Positions 26,408 through 40,684 of a DNA stretch of 64,000 nucleotides are shown here, piece after piece. The translations under genes and the position numbers were made by a program. The DNA is from Camelus ferus (lineage: Eukaryota): NCBI RefSeq assembly GCF_009834535.1, contig NC_045696.1, positions 33,916,001-33,980,000 of the forward strand, given 5' to 3'. The notes under the pieces are model-generated. The model was given only the letters and a program-made list of their open reading frames with translations. It was not told the DNA's origin and made no database searches. Position 1 is the stretch's first letter; the number at the start of each line of letters is the position of its first letter.

Positions 26408-26857
26408 ACCAGTTAGCTTTTGCTATGTTACAAGCCACCCATAAAAGGAAGCAGTTTAAAACAATAACAGGTTATCATTGTTAATGAGTCTATAGGTTGG
26501 CTGGGTGGTTCTGCTGATCTGGGTCAGACTTGGCTGATCTTAATGGCTGGGGTAGCCTAGGACACATGTCTGGATGTTGGTCAGGTGACATTCAGAGACA
26601 ACAAGGCTAACTGGACCATTCTCTCACCATGTGGCAGTTTAGCCTAGACTTGTTCACGTCAGTCAAGAGTGAGAAAGGGAAGAAACACACAAGGTCCCCT
26701 GATGCTTGGGTTCAGAATGAGTACATCACTTTGCCAAATTCTATGGGCCAACTACAAGTTGCAAGGGCAGCCCAGATTCAAGGAATGGAAAAACAGAACT
26801 CCACCTTTTGAAGGGAGTAGCTACAAAGAATTATAGTCATTTCTGCAATCTACCACA
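26408..26857 (-). mobile_element. MLT1 (H/I/J-like) solo LTR
   Basis: ccagttagcttttgctatgttacaagccaccc..ggttggctgggtggttctgctg..cccagattcaaggaatggaaaaacagaactccacctttt..gcaatctaccaca. Confidence 0.8.
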
Positions 26858-27589
26858 GGTACGCTGGGTAATTTAGTAATAAATTATACTTTTTTCTTTA
26901 ACTGAACTGAGGCCTAATCTAAGTACATCATGAGCCTTATAATTAATAAGTTAACTTTTTTTTCCTTCTTTCTTTTTTCTTAATATTAACAACGAGATAG
27001 GAAGTATGAAAAAAAAAAAATAGCCAGTCTGGCCTCAAAGACCCCTGAAATATTTTAGCCATGGTTGAACTAAACTATTTGATGGTTGATTCACAAGAAA
27101 ACATTTCCAGGCCAAAGCCTCTTGATTTCATGTCAGCAAGTTAAATTCCTACCCTTTCTTTAAATTAACTGAATGGGAGTAACCATCGCAATGGCGAACA
27201 AAGTTGTATTCATTTAAAAATACCTACTCAATGCAATTCCAGTTGAATTGGCCTCCCAAACTCCAGCATGGTACTGTGGTAGACAGTTAGCATGTGTACA
27301 GCAATGTACCTATGATCTTGCTAGCTAAAAGTGCATCGGTAACAATCTAAAGTTTGGAAACATACAAACAATGCTTATTATGTGTTTTTTCTGTTCCAAG
27401 CACCAGATTTCTGTCTGCCATTTGCTGTGGAGGCCACCTGATACCTGTGCTTCTTTGTGAAAGGGTCTTCCAGCCTGGATCTTATAGAGGTGACAGAAAG
27501 GTTCAGTTGAGAAGAATGTACATCATATACACATTAGCATAGACTACATGCACACGTGTAAACATGTCTGTCTTTGCTACGTAACTCAC

Positions 27590-28050
27590 AAGATCTTTTG
27601 CCCCATCTGTCACCCACCTTTGTTCCTCCCTCTTTACTTCCATCTCAATTATTGGCACCACTTTCTGTTCTGTTACTCAAGCCCGAAACCTAGAAATCCT
27701 TCCTAATGTCTCCTCTCCTTTATTCCCTGTCTGTAATGAATAACCAAGCCCTACGGATTCTCATTCCTCGATATCTCTGCTGTCTAACTTTGCCTCACCA
27801 TTCTTCACGGCGACTGCCCAACTTCAAGCCTGACTCTTCAGTGATTGCAACTGTGTCCTGACACTTCTCCTTAAAATCAGTTTCATTTCCTCCAGCCCAC
27901 TGCCTTCACTGCTGTTGGCATGAACTCCCTAAAACAACTCTACTTATGTCATGCGCCAGCCTAAAATTGTACACTGACAATTCATGGCCTTCAGGATAAA
28001 AGCCAAACCCACAAACACATGGAACAAGATTTTAAAGCATGACCCCTTGT
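27590..28050 (+). mobile_element. L2 fragment
   Basis: ggcaccactttctg..ttactcaagcccgaaacctagaaatcc..taaccaagccctacggattc..ccttcaggataaaagccaaac. Confidence 0.7.
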
Positions 28051-30436
28051 GCATTTAATTAAGTTATTACCACAAGGTCTAGAACAAAGCGACGGGTGCT
28101 TGGTGCTGCCACCTTCCAAAAATGAGACAGTGCACTTTGTAGGCGGAGTTACTGAGAGTGTGGCAAAAGTTGATCTGCAACCCTCAACCTGTCACCTACT
28201 TCTAGGCTGGGGCTGTAGAGACATTTTAAAGTGCTTTAGCAACCACCACCCTCCACACCCAGACACACACACACACAAACGGAGGCACTCCCAAGTCCTG
28301 GGGAAGGGAAAGATGGTTCTTTCCTCTTGATCTAAGGTGAGTGGCAGGGTCTTTAAGAGGAATACTTGGCCCTGGAAATGTGTTCGGTACAGAAACCAGT
28401 ACCAGAGCTACATCTGAAAAAGCCCACAGAGGATAGACTAGATGGCACAGTAAAGAGGCCACAATGGAAGCAAATTTCACTAGAGGCAGGAGGAAAGGCA
28501 GGTGTTGCTTTCTAATTTGTGGGCAAGGTGTGTACCACACGTAGGCTGAAGCTCTTTTAAATATCACACAGATGGCTGCCTGGTAGGTCGATGTGACCCC
28601 AACTGAGAGATGGCCCTTTGCATGCCCAGGGGCCTGAAGGACGGATCATAAGTAAAACGGACTGCTTGAGGCCAGCATTTCCCGTCTCAAAGGTACTGCA
28701 ATCAGAGCTCCCAGCAAGGCATGTACCTGAGGAACCCAGGAAAGCAGCCACCATTGAGTATCAGCAGGAGCCAACATTCATAGGGCGCTGTCGCTAGATT
28801 ACTCCTGTGCCTGTCAAAGAGCTCTTTTCTATTTCTCACATCTCCCCAGTTCTAGTCATTAGCGCCTCACGGGAGCCAGAGTAGCCCAGGGATGCTTTTG
28901 GGGAGAGTGAGAACAAGGCGATCCTTGCGCTGGATAAACTGTCCTTATCTCTGGCAAAGAAACTGGAATTGGTATTGTGAAAAGGGAGAATGGGAGATAG
29001 AGGTGGGTTGGGGGATAAGATAACACAACTTTTCTTTGTGCAAAGTTTCTTTCCCGGAAACTGACTATAAAGTTTTCTGCAGAATGTATTTACACCCAAT
29101 ATTCAGAGATACAGAAAAATCTAAGATACCTTCGCAGTATTTGGTTTTTCCTTTCTAGAACTAATCTCTACTTAGCCACAGATTCACTTGTATTTGAAGA
29201 TAATATAAAATGCCCTCTTGTTTCTCTCAGAAAGGGAAATAAAACATCAGAACCTAAGAAGTGTCCTCAGTCATTACAAATAGATGTTTATAAAACACAA
29301 TGGACTCTGGTTAAAGGAACTTAAGAACCTGGGGAAATATTCTCTGGCAACCCCTCTGGCAACATTTTAATTATAATGTGGCCTTACTCCCCAGACAATG
29401 AGTCCACTCTATTATAATATGAGCAACAATCTATTTACTACAACACATTAATAAATCCAAATATCTGGAACAGGTCATATCTCATTTGCTGTTGCCAATT
29501 AAAACAAATAATGGAGTAAGATGGCTTTCTGTCTCTTTCTTTTTCTTTTTAAAACACCATTGTGCTTGTGTCCAAGATTATTTTGGAAATAAAGCTTATA
29601 CTTTAATACTCGAACAGATATAATTTTCTAAATTGTATTAATGACATGAAACCGTTTAAAAGCTCTTCTCTTGAGTACTTATCTTAGTGGTGATGGAGGC
29701 ACTCTTATTTATCAGTGCTGTATGTATTTTGTAGACTGTTTCAAGATCATCTCCACACAGGTCGCTACAGGATGCCAAAATATGACTTCTTGAATAATGG
29801 AAAAGTGAAATCCCCTCTTCCCACCTTTGATCATTTCTCTGATCATTTGGTAACCATTTGCACAAATTACCTCTAGTTCCTATATTTTCTCTGAGAATTA
29901 CAGAAATGATACCTAAAAGATGGCCTAGTGCATCACACTAGATTCTCAGCTAAGTGACAAACAATGGGTGTAGCCAAGCCCACATGTCACTCCATGCCCA
30001 GGGTGAGAGGACAGACCACCGTCCTCCACTCTCACTTACATCACAGTTGCCAGCCCTTTTTTTTTGTTTTTTTGTTTTTTTGTAAGTTTAAAGACTTCTC
30101 AGACTCCTGTTGGTATATCATTAGTTCCACTCTTCACAGAAGACAAAATCTTGAAAAGACAGCTTATCTGTGCATATAGGAAATGATTTTCCCTGAAGGG
30201 CATTTTCTTTTTCTTTATTCAGTGTATTTTTAAATGTCTCAAGCGACAAGGCTGGCTGTTCAACTAGGTTCAAGAACACACTTTTTTATTCAACCCATTA
30301 TCTATCATTGTGAATTCAAACCTGCTGTTTCTCTCTGCTGATAATCTATCATCTAACGAGAGCGGGGATGGCTTTAAACCACAGGAGCAAAGTGCAGTCA
30401 TGGACTTGGCTTACAAGGAGATTTATATGTTGAGCT

Positions 30437-30466
30437 ACACACACACATGCACACACACACACACAG
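30437..30466. repeat. (CA)n microsatellite
   Basis: acacacacacatgcacacacacacacacag. Confidence 0.9.
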
Positions 30467-33400
30467 AGAAAACATATTCAGTTTAATAATTCCTTGCTCA
30501 AGTTTTACACAATGCTGTACACACATACACCTCCCCCTCGATGACTTTTGGAAACTTAAGAGACCTACTACAGAGAATTAACCAAATATTGAAGAAGAAT
30601 TAATGGAGGAATCTAAAACTTATATCTCGTCTCTCAAAATTAATGTCCAGAATATTGTTTTTAGTGGGAAATGAATCATTATTGTCTGCACATAAATAGA
30701 AACCAGAAGGGATGTCCTGCTGAAGGACTCTCTCTCCTAAATGTCCTTATTCTTCCTTCATTATGCTATCTATGTCCCAGGATAGCAACATTAATTTGAC
30801 ATGGCTGAATTATGCTACCTGCTGTTCCTGTGTAGCACATGCAATGCCTGAGGCTGGGTTTCCCGCTCTGGGGATCAGGGGGCAGAAAGACATTTCTAAC
30901 TCTACTCTAGTATGAGAAGCAATTAGGCTACAAGTTGTTTAGCTGTAAGCAGTTAACCTCACAAACCTAATAAATTATTTGATTACATGGAATGCTTAGA
31001 ACCTGGACCCCCTTTGGTAAATGTGCATGAAATTGCAAAGCTTGTATTTTTTGGTTTTTGTCGCTTAATTATTTTACCATTGCCCCTCTTATTCCATGCT
31101 TTGGGATGTACAAAGAGCAAGCAGGATAGGTGTGTATGCTCCCTCGTTGCCAAATCATTGGATTATACTGTCTTTGCCACTACGATCATCACTCGTTCAG
31201 GCGCAGATTATATCATTTTATTTCTGCCTATAAGGAAAAGCAGCCTTTGTTCTTTTTGTCCCCTCTACTCAATTAAAGACAAACAAACAGGCATAAAAAC
31301 CTTCATGGACACTAATGAACCCAAAATAGTCTGCAATTAATTTCAAATTCACTGCTAGTTTCAAAAATTAGCTAACACTGCAAATTGCACTGACCATGAT
31401 CAGGCCCTTAATAACAAGGCCTATTGTGTGAAATGTGCAAGTCAGCAGAAACACAAATGAAAACCTTCCGGCTTCAAACACTTCTACCCGCATGAAAACA
31501 AACAGAGCAAGATGAAATCTGAAATTTCAAAAGGGCTTTAAGCAACTATATCTCATAGCATATCAATTAATAAGTCACTTCAAAGTGCACTTTCTTTTGT
31601 GTATACTCATTTTTTTCTGAGATCAACTCATAGGAAGCATGTCAGCCAAATTTTGCCTTTTTTCCTAAAACCTCAATAATAACATACCAGAAAGTCTTAG
31701 GCCATCTAGGGGCTCATGTTAGTTAAGTATATAAATGACCTTTATCTTTATTATGAGAATTAATTTGAAAATAGGCAAAATTAAACAAGTTCAAAGTATT
31801 ATTTGAACTAACACAAAGATGAAATGTAGGATTATTATCTTACAGCTGACCATTTCCCTAATCCTGTTTTCAATCTAAGTATTCCTGAGATTTCTTTGCT
31901 TTTTAAGTACTGTAACAACTAAATCACAAATTTACTTTCATTTTCACTCTCCTTATATATATTCACTATTTATTTAGTCAAGGTAATATAGACTTGCAGT
32001 AATCATTTCACATTATTTGCATTTGCTGTTGTTATTTGTTTGCTTTTAAAGCAATGCAACTTTGAGCTATTATTTTTGAAATAGTCCAAATGGTTCAAAC
32101 AGCCTGCTGAATCACCGTGCATCTTCAAGCACCATACTCTGTGGCTTTAAATTCCGGTCTTATCACTTGTCAACTGGGGGAAAATTGCTAAATCTATTTA
32201 ATACTTGGATTTGTTGGTCATATAATAGGGATGACTACCTACGTCACAGGGACAAAAACTGCAGGGGCAATCTATAGTACTGACTAGAAGAATATGGAAA
32301 AGATATTTCTTTCCTTCAGTAATTGTTCTGTTGATCACCAGTTTCCACAGAATCCACACCCCGATCCTCTCCAGGTCTCCTCGGTGGCTCTGTAACTCAT
32401 GGCCAATCGTTTTGCTCTTCTTCAGTTTTCATCATTTGCTGCTTCCTGTCTTATAAGAGTGCCCCTTCCCCTCACTGAAACTCTTTCTTCAATGCCCTCT
32501 TAATGAAAAATTTATGCAATACTTCCTCCTACCCTTTGTAAAATCTCATTCCACATTCTTAACGACTTTCCCAACAAAGGAAAAGCAGATGCTGTCCCCA
32601 AAACTCCAGATGCCACACAACGTCTGACACCACATATAGCTAATCTTATACAAACTAAAGATTCATTTTTTTCTTTCCCTGAATTTTTTTTCTATAGCAC
32701 ATGGTTCTGCTTATGAACGTTATACATACAGTCAATTATCCAAGCTAATGGAGGCGAGCAGTGGGAGAGCTAATTAAGAAGAGTAGATAATCTACCCTGC
32801 TATTAGTGCAGGTGTCAGCAAAGAGTCTGGCCTGAGACAGCACCATAGCGGATGTGTGGTGGGAAGAAGGCAAGCTTGTAGTCCCAAGCTACAGCAGAGT
32901 GGCAGGGAAAGAAACTACGGAGGGATGGGGAGACCAAGCCTGCAGGAGGGGGAAATGTTCAGACAGGTGATCACTCATCAATATGAATGTTGTGGATAAT
33001 CTGGAATTTCCTATTATGTTTAAATGCCTACATGGAATATGATACTAGTCTTAAGTCATATGTTTGATTTATACCATGAGCAGTTAGTTTCCCCTACTCC
33101 ATTGGTTGTATTTTAAGGTGACAGATCCTACTATCAGCCCCAGAAGCCATTGTGCCCTTATGATCAGTAAAGGATTGGCATAACCCAACACCACCAGCAC
33201 TGGGAAATCATTTAACACACATATTCTATTGATTACAGGTCATTGCCATTGATTTTGTACATACAAGCCAGAAAGTATACCCTAAAACTATGACCAATTG
33301 GTTTTTAATCCATTTTTTTCCAGCACTGTTTCAATCAAGTGGTCTGTTCAAATGGGCAAGAATATGTGAGCATCTCTTTACTAATTCAGTAACTATTTCA

Positions 33401-35372
33401 TAAAGGCCTATCATATGGTTTCCCGACCTAACAAAGCTTATGTAGTGGTGAGATCGTATACCTTCAGGATGGCAATGAACTCTTTCCATATTCTAAAGAC
33501 ATGATAAGTATTTTAATACTCCACATATAGAATAGAATCAAAATCATCTACCAATGAAAACTAAAGAAATATTAAAATCTACATGGGAGAGTAGCAAGAG
33601 TAATCCAGAGTGCTCTATTTAGTGCCTTTAAATAAAAACCCTGATACTAATGGAAATTCTTTGGCAATCTAAGAGCTTTTGTCTTTTTTTTTTTTTTTTA
33701 ACCATCAGTGGTTTCAAAGGAGGCTACGAGTAGCAGATGCAGACCTTTCAGTTTACAACCTTCTTCCCCACAGCTTTATGCTGTGGTGTCCTTTGGGCAG
33801 AAACACTCCAGGGTCTCAACTAGTGTGTATTTCAATTACTGATACTGTCCTGCCCTGATAGATAGGAAGTGATAAAACAAAAAGCAAGAAATCATTTTTC
33901 ATAATTCTTCAGAGTCCAATCTAGCCTCAGTCCTGCTTCTCTTGCAGACCTTCATGCCATGGAAGCTGAGTTTTAGTGGATTCTACAGCCTCAGAGTAGA
34001 ATCACTTCACATATTTTTCAGTAGATTAGCCTCTGGAGTATTTCCTTCTCACTCTCAAAGTCTAGAAAAACAGAATATAGCCTATAAGCACTCTCACTGA
34101 GGAGACATAAATATCAGACAAAATATTTAAACAACCTTGCTGTCCAATATTTCAAACAACATATTTTCATTTAATAAACATCCCCAATTTTTTCCCAATT
34201 GGTTGAAGGAATCTGGAATATTTAGATGAAGCATTCAACACATAAAATCCCAGTGGATCTGTGTACTGGGAATTATGAAAATTATGAAATTTCTTTGCTT
34301 AAAAAGTTGAATGTCCAAGGAAATTAAACTGCAACTTGCCAAAAAATAATCTCCTTTCAAAGAAGAGAATCAATCATATATTGAAGTATTAAAATTTAAT
34401 ATAAAGAGTCTGTTTTTAATTGGCTTCATCTTTTGAGGTTAATAGGTATTAACTTTGATTTTTATAAAATATTTCCATGTTAATGACTCCAAGATCTATT
34501 GTTGCAAGGATTTTCCTGAGGCACATGAAGCTAAGGTTTAAAGCAGTTAAGGGTGCTTGAATTCCTTTACAAGCCTATTATAAGCCAATATTCAATCAAA
34601 ACGATTATTGCTAGCCATTAAAAAATCTACCAAGTATCAGGGGTAATAACTCTTGCATGTTATTACTGGGAATTCCTACAAAGCAAAAGGCTTTTGTATT
34701 GCTGTTTGCAAAGACTGCTTAATTTATCTGACATCTTGCAGGGAAAAAAAATCTGCTGTTCAACCAGAAAAGAAAAAAAAAAGTAGTTTTGTCCCCATTA
34801 TCTCTGAACAAGTAGTGTCAGGAAGCTTCAGGCTAGAATTAACATAAGATAGGCTATTACAGTTGTAAGAGCATTTAGCAGCCTTCCCTACTGACTTCAG
34901 GGTGATAATACAGACAGCTCCGTGTAATCTGTCTCTTCTGCTGCTCTTTCTTTGCCTCTTGCCTCCTCTCATTCTTTACTAATATCCATGCCTTATTATA
35001 AAGTGTGATAAGAAGTAAACAGCAGCATTTTTCTGCTAAAGTGACACCATTGGTTGAAGTCATAGAGTCACTGCTTATAGGGAACCATTTTAAAAAGCAA
35101 ACATTCAGGTATAGAAATAGTCCATGACTTATCCTCTAAAGATTAAGCTACTATATCCTTTCTGCTAGAAAAATTGTTTTCAGATATTGCTAACTTGCAC
35201 AGAGAATGCAAATATAGTTAAACTGAAGTTTAAGAAAACAATCATTTAGAATGTGGTATCTTAGTTCATGAAATAAAATGCAATAGTGTTAATAAGAGGT
35301 GAAAAATGTTCCTTGGTGATTCAGAATATCCATGATTATTATTGTAAATATTATCTACCTGGAACTGAGTAT

Positions 35373-35416
35373 GGCTGAAAGCACATTTAAACCAAGGCTG
35401 AAAGCACATTTAAACC
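35373..35416. repeat. 23-bp-period tandem duplication
   Basis: ggctgaaagcacatttaaacc repeated exactly at 35373 and 35396. Confidence 0.95.
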
Positions 35417-35671
35417 TTGAAATTTACAAGACAGAGTATACAAGAAATGTTTGAGCATTTTTGGTTCCTGAATTTCTCCAAGTGTTTCTAGTTTAATTTC
35501 TCTTAATTTTCCTTAAACTAATATTATTCCCCCTGAAATTAAAAATGGAAAGCAAAACAAAAATGACACAAGTGTGTAATTCAAAATTTGTTAAAGCTTA
35601 AGCATCACAAAAATCCAAAAAATAGCAAAGCTAATATAAAGTAAAATTATTTTGATGAAATTTCTTTTAAT

Positions 35672-35870
35672 CAGGCGTTTTCAATCTGTTGACATTTAGA
35701 GCCATATGGTACTTTGCTGTGGGGGACCGTACCTTGTATTATAGAATGTTTAGCAGCATCTCTAGATTCTACCCATTAGATTTCATTAGCACCCTCCACC
35801 CTACACACCATGGTTGTGACAACCAAAAATGTCTCCTGAGGGTCAAAATCACCCTCACTGAGAACTACCG
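35672..35870. mobile_element. MER20 hAT-Charlie DNA transposon
   Basis: ttgacattt..tttgctgtggggg..atagaatgtttagcagcatctct..gttgtgacaaccaaaaatgtctcc..caaaatcaccc..tgagaactac. Confidence 0.9.
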
Positions 35871-36140
35871 CTCTAGGTGGAAGACATAATCTAAATTCGA
35901 TTAAATTTATTAATGTTTAATTGTATTATGAACACTGGAAAAAGGAAGTATCACCAAACTCTCAGTTGCAAAATTCAATTTGTTTTTAGAAAATGATACA
36001 CATACTAGCTGTGGCAAGACAGAGCAGGGCTTCATGTACATTTCCTATACACATTCTGGGACACTGAAATATTATTATGCATATACAGGAAACCCAAAGA
36101 TCCAAATACCATGAACACCATGAACATTTATAAATACCAT

Positions 36141-36483
36141 TGTCTTAGCTTTCTCTGGCTGCCATAACAAAATACCATAGAATAGAAATGTATTTCTTAA
36201 ATAATAGAAATGTATTTGTCATAGTCCTGGAGGTTGGAAGTCTGACAGTAGCATGACCGGGTTTTGGTGAGAGAACTCTTTCTGGCTTGCAAGTGGCTGT
36301 CTTCACACTGTGTCCTCACGTGACCTCTTCTTTGTGTGTACAAGACGAGAAAGAGAGAGAGACCTTTCTGGTGTCTTGTCTTACAAGGGCACTGATCGCA
36401 TCACAAGGACCCAATCCTCGTGTCCTCATCTAAACCCAGTTACCTTGCAAAAGCCTCTCCTCCAAATACTGTCACACTGGGGC
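36141..36483 (-). mobile_element. MLT1A/B-type LTR (one end truncated)
   Basis: tgtcttagc..ggctgccataacaaaataccataga..tggtgtcttgtcttacaagggcactgatc..ctccaaatactgtcacactgggg. Confidence 0.85.
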
Positions 36484-36759
36484 GTATCTGTTTCTCTGTT
36501 CCTGGAAGATAAATGACTGTCAGTTACTTTTTAGAATGTCATACATGTTGAGTGTTCAAATTAGATAAGCATTATTGACACTTTAATTGGTATAGTTAAA
36601 TTTGAATTATTCTGGGTTGAGAACTTGTCTTTTTGTGTTTTATTCATACACATATAAAATAAAGAGAAAAAGTAAGAAGGTGCAAATTCACTTACCCCCA
36701 AATTACCTAAGATCACAAAAACTACATGAAACAGTTTCTTACTATTTATTACAAAACGA

Positions 36760-36980
36760 TTCTATACTGTTAGACATCTGAATGTGATTACTTTTGGACA
36801 AGGGGAAGATTTAGTGACTCTAAGGGGTCTGAAGGGACCCTCTGAGCAGACTCGGTGACTGAGAGTATTCTGGGGGGTCATTTCATAACCAAAGTTGGGT
36901 ACACTTTATGATTCATCAAGTTGTACACCTAGGACTTACAAAGTTTTCTTTATATAATTTATACTGTAAGTCCAATGTTT
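36760..36980 (+). mobile_element. Old L1 (L1ME-like) 3'UTR fragment
   Basis: attcatcaagttgtacacctaggacttacaaagttttctttatataatttatact. Confidence 0.55.
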
Positions 36981-38199
36981 AAAAGCTTGTTTGAACACAT
37001 GGAATCTGAGTCACACATTTATTGCTTTTGTGGATTCAAAGATAAATAAGATCCTCAAAGTCTAAAGAAAGGTTCAGACCTGTAGATAGACTGTACAATG
37101 CAATGTTATAAATGACATATATGAGCAGAGTTGTTTGAGAACACGGACAGTGAGGTAATTAACAGTGCCTGGGAAAATCAGGAAAGAATTTGTGATAAGT
37201 AGTGCCTGAACTGGTTAGGAAGCATGTTAAGAGCCCATCTTGCTACATATGAGTTATTGTAGAGTAAGTTAGCTTTGAAGAAAATGTATACATTCAGGTT
37301 AACTGATGATGTATGGATTTCAGTTTTTAAGTTGTTTCTATACTTTTGATTAAGACAAAAAACATGAATCAGATGCAACTAAATAAAAAATCTCTTGCCT
37401 TATTACCCAGAACTTTATTTAAATAGGAAAGTACTGAATAGTGGGTAGGCATGGATATTTGTTTATGCTCCATCTTTGGTGGCTTTGTCATTGAAACAAA
37501 CTTAAAAAAATGTAACAATTAAAGGCAAAGGGTGAGGAAACAATAGAAGAGATGAAATAATAAAACGTCACAAAAATGCTGATGGAGTACATTATGCAAA
37601 TTGATGCTATGCAAATACTTAAGCATTGCCTTCATAGTAACAAGATGAAACTATGAACAAATTTCTTTGAAAATGATTGCCAACCATCACTGACTGACCA
37701 TGAATACAAAAATTAACCCTTGAGGAAGAGTAATGGTTATGTTCTCATAGATCTAAGTTTTAACCTGGAAGGAAACACAGACTTCTAGAAGCAGAGTTAA
37801 CAGCAGCAGCCACATTGTAACCAGAGTTTGCAATACAAGAGGTACAGGTCTCAGTCCTGTCTACTAGTAAAGGGGCTGCTCCAGAGAAGGGTGAGAAAAA
37901 AGATCGCTTTTCCTGAAATTAAAAGTTAGACACAGGAATCTGTGTGTTTTCATTGGAGCTGTATTGCAAATTATTTTTCACTGTCAAAGCCGCTTTTGAA
38001 TGATATACTGGAAAAATTATTCAACCAGGAGTACAAATCAAATTATTTAAAAATCCTATTTACTTTACTAGGCACAATATTAAATTGGGTATTTCTCATT
38101 CTTCCTTCTTTAGCAAAGTTCTTTCAAGATGGAACACTTGAACTAGTTAACTCTCACGTGTGATCCTGAAAGGTTAAACTCTGAAATGCTGGCATTCTT

Positions 38200-40640
38200 A
38201 CAATCACCTATCACTTCATATTTCTCAGTCTCTTGGTCTACACTGCATTTCTGCATTGACCTCCAACTAGAGATTCTCTAATTAATCTCACCCTGCTTAG
38301 CAACTCTGTGCTAATTTCACCCTAGTGGCATTTTCATCACTTTGATAAATTCTCTCCCTTTTTCATCTTTCTACTACACCTTCAGTAACCAGTCACTATC
38401 CACTTGGATCCACTTGGGTCAATACAGCCCACCTTCAATTCTCTATGATTACCAATGCCTCACACACTGACAATGAAGAATCACAGGACGATGTTTATTG
38501 ACGTTCTGCACACAGTTATGGTTTCTAATTTGAACTGCACCACTAAGGTGCCTACTGTTACACTTCTTTTTCAGTTCCTTGAGAAATCTGTTGTAAATGT
38601 TTACTCTTCAAATCCCAGAACATATCCTACACTGTTAAAAGAGATCAGTATCAGTCAAAAACTCTGTAACTCCTCCATCATGCTCAGGTATCTATATATA
38701 ATGCCACACATTCTTTTTTTCCCTTTTTGTCTATGAGTTCAGAATCTTCCTATTCTCAAAGAGTAAACTTTGACCCATGAATTGGAAATTTTATTCTCTT
38801 TTTTTCTCTGAGACCTCATTCCTCTAATTGTCCTCTTTCCCTTTTAGATTATTGAAACTCTGTTTTACTTACCTAATTAAAATAATTTGTCTTCTTCAAT
38901 CTAAAAACAACTGCCTCCCACCCCAACCCCTTTCCCTCTGGGGAAAAAAAAAAAACTTGCCTCAATATTACTACCTCCTCCAGTGACTGAACTATCACCT
39001 TCCTTCCTTTTGTGATCAAACCTCTTGAAAGAACACTTTGTACTTACTTTTGTAAATGTCCTAAGTTCCTACTTACTCCTTGTCAATGGTATACAGAGTG
39101 GTATGAACCTGGCCTTAACCTTTATAGAAGGCTATGGAAAGCTGTATGGCCTTGGGCAAATTATATAACTTTTCTAAGTCTATAAAATTTTAATGCCTAC
39201 TGTGACAATCTGTTAGAGGGATTACATGTCATAATGGCACCTAACACTTGTGCAATGCCTGCACTGTGTAAGTTCTCCATAAGTATCATCTATCATTATT
39301 CTTATTCTTTCATATTCTTATTCTTATTATTGCTACTACTGTTCTTCAACCCAGTATAATCCACTTCTGCCCATAACCTCATCCCCAATTATCCTCTAGA
39401 ATTGCCCTTTCTAGAGTCACCAATGTCCTTCTAGTTGTCAAATTCAACGTACTATTTTAAATGCATTACCCTGTTTGAGTATTAATATTTGATACCTATA
39501 GATGCTCTTGTCACTTGAAATACCTTCTTTACTCGGTGTTTACAGTGTCTCTCTTAATTCTTCTCTCTGCTATTCCTTCATGGTCTCCTTTGTTGACTCC
39601 TTGTTCTCAGTGAGCTCTTAAATGCTGGGTTTCATCAACGTTCTGTCCTTGGTTACATTTTCTCCACTTTCTTGCATGTTCCTTAAGAAAGTTCCTTCGA
39701 CAAGGCTAATGGCTCTAGCTCCACATCTTCTCTAAGCTCTGGGCTGTATTTCCAATTCTGTGCTGGAGAGCTTCCCATAGATGTCTCATAAACGTATCAA
39801 ACATAGCGTATCTACAGTGGATTCATATGCATTCCCCCTAAATAATCTTCCTCCTACAAACTTTATCTTAATTGTCCCTATCTACCAGACTCCGATTCTA
39901 ATTTTGGTCAACTCAACATCTCAACTGAAATATTCATTTTTTTATCCAGTAGCTTTATACTTCAGTTTATCTGCCACAAGATTACCTTTTCAAACATAAA
40001 GTTAGCACCACAGTATGAATGGACTTAATACTGCAGAGCTGTACACTTTAAAATGGTTAAAGTGATCAATTTTATGTTATGTATACTTGACCACAATAAA
40101 AAGAAATTTAAAAAGTAAATGCATCAAATGCTGGCAAAAATTCTTCAGTGATTCCAGTTACTATACTCTCATCATTGCAAACAAGATACTTCAAAATCTG
40201 GTTTTAATTTACCCCTCTAATTCTTCTGAGTCTGGTATTTCTGTCACTTGGATGTTCACACTATTTGTTGAACATTCTAGGACACTTCACCACTTTGCAT
40301 ATATTGTTCCCTCTGCTCAAAATATATTCCTTTCTTGGTCTAATAAACACTTAGTGATGATTTAATCCCTAATCTCTCTTCTGTTAAGTTTGCTCAGAAT
40401 CTCCCAGGCAGAGCCAGTGACTTCTTCATAATTACTCCAATAATAGCATTTTCTGTACATACCTCTACTACAGTGTTTACCACCTATATTATAATTATTC
40501 ATTTCTTCTCTCCCTCCCTATGAACACATTAATCACAAGACTATGCCTCATTAGTCTTTTTATCCTTAGTTTTTAGTAGAATTCCTAGAACAAAATTGTT
40601 ACTTTTTATGGGTTGCACAAATGGATGGATGAGTGAGAGT
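38200..40640 (+). mobile_element. Long degraded L2 with nested MIR (~39130-39310) and L1 3'UTR piece (~40005-40115)
   Basis: tctagagtcaccaatgtccttctagttgtcaaattcaac..; 3' end tttagtagaattcctagaaca..tggatggatgagtga; nested tgtatggccttgggcaaattat (MIR) and gctgtacactttaaaatggttaaa (L1M). Confidence 0.75.
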
Positions 40641-40684
40641 ATACAGGAAAAAAGTGACAAGTGACGTTGCAAAAATCCCTGTTA

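Noticed and set aside
32740..33250. Possible ancient LTR (MamGyp-like); similar impressions at ~14800-15450 and ~28340-28820
   Set aside because: Composition is suggestive, but I cannot match diagnostic consensus sequence from memory; needs a Dfam search.
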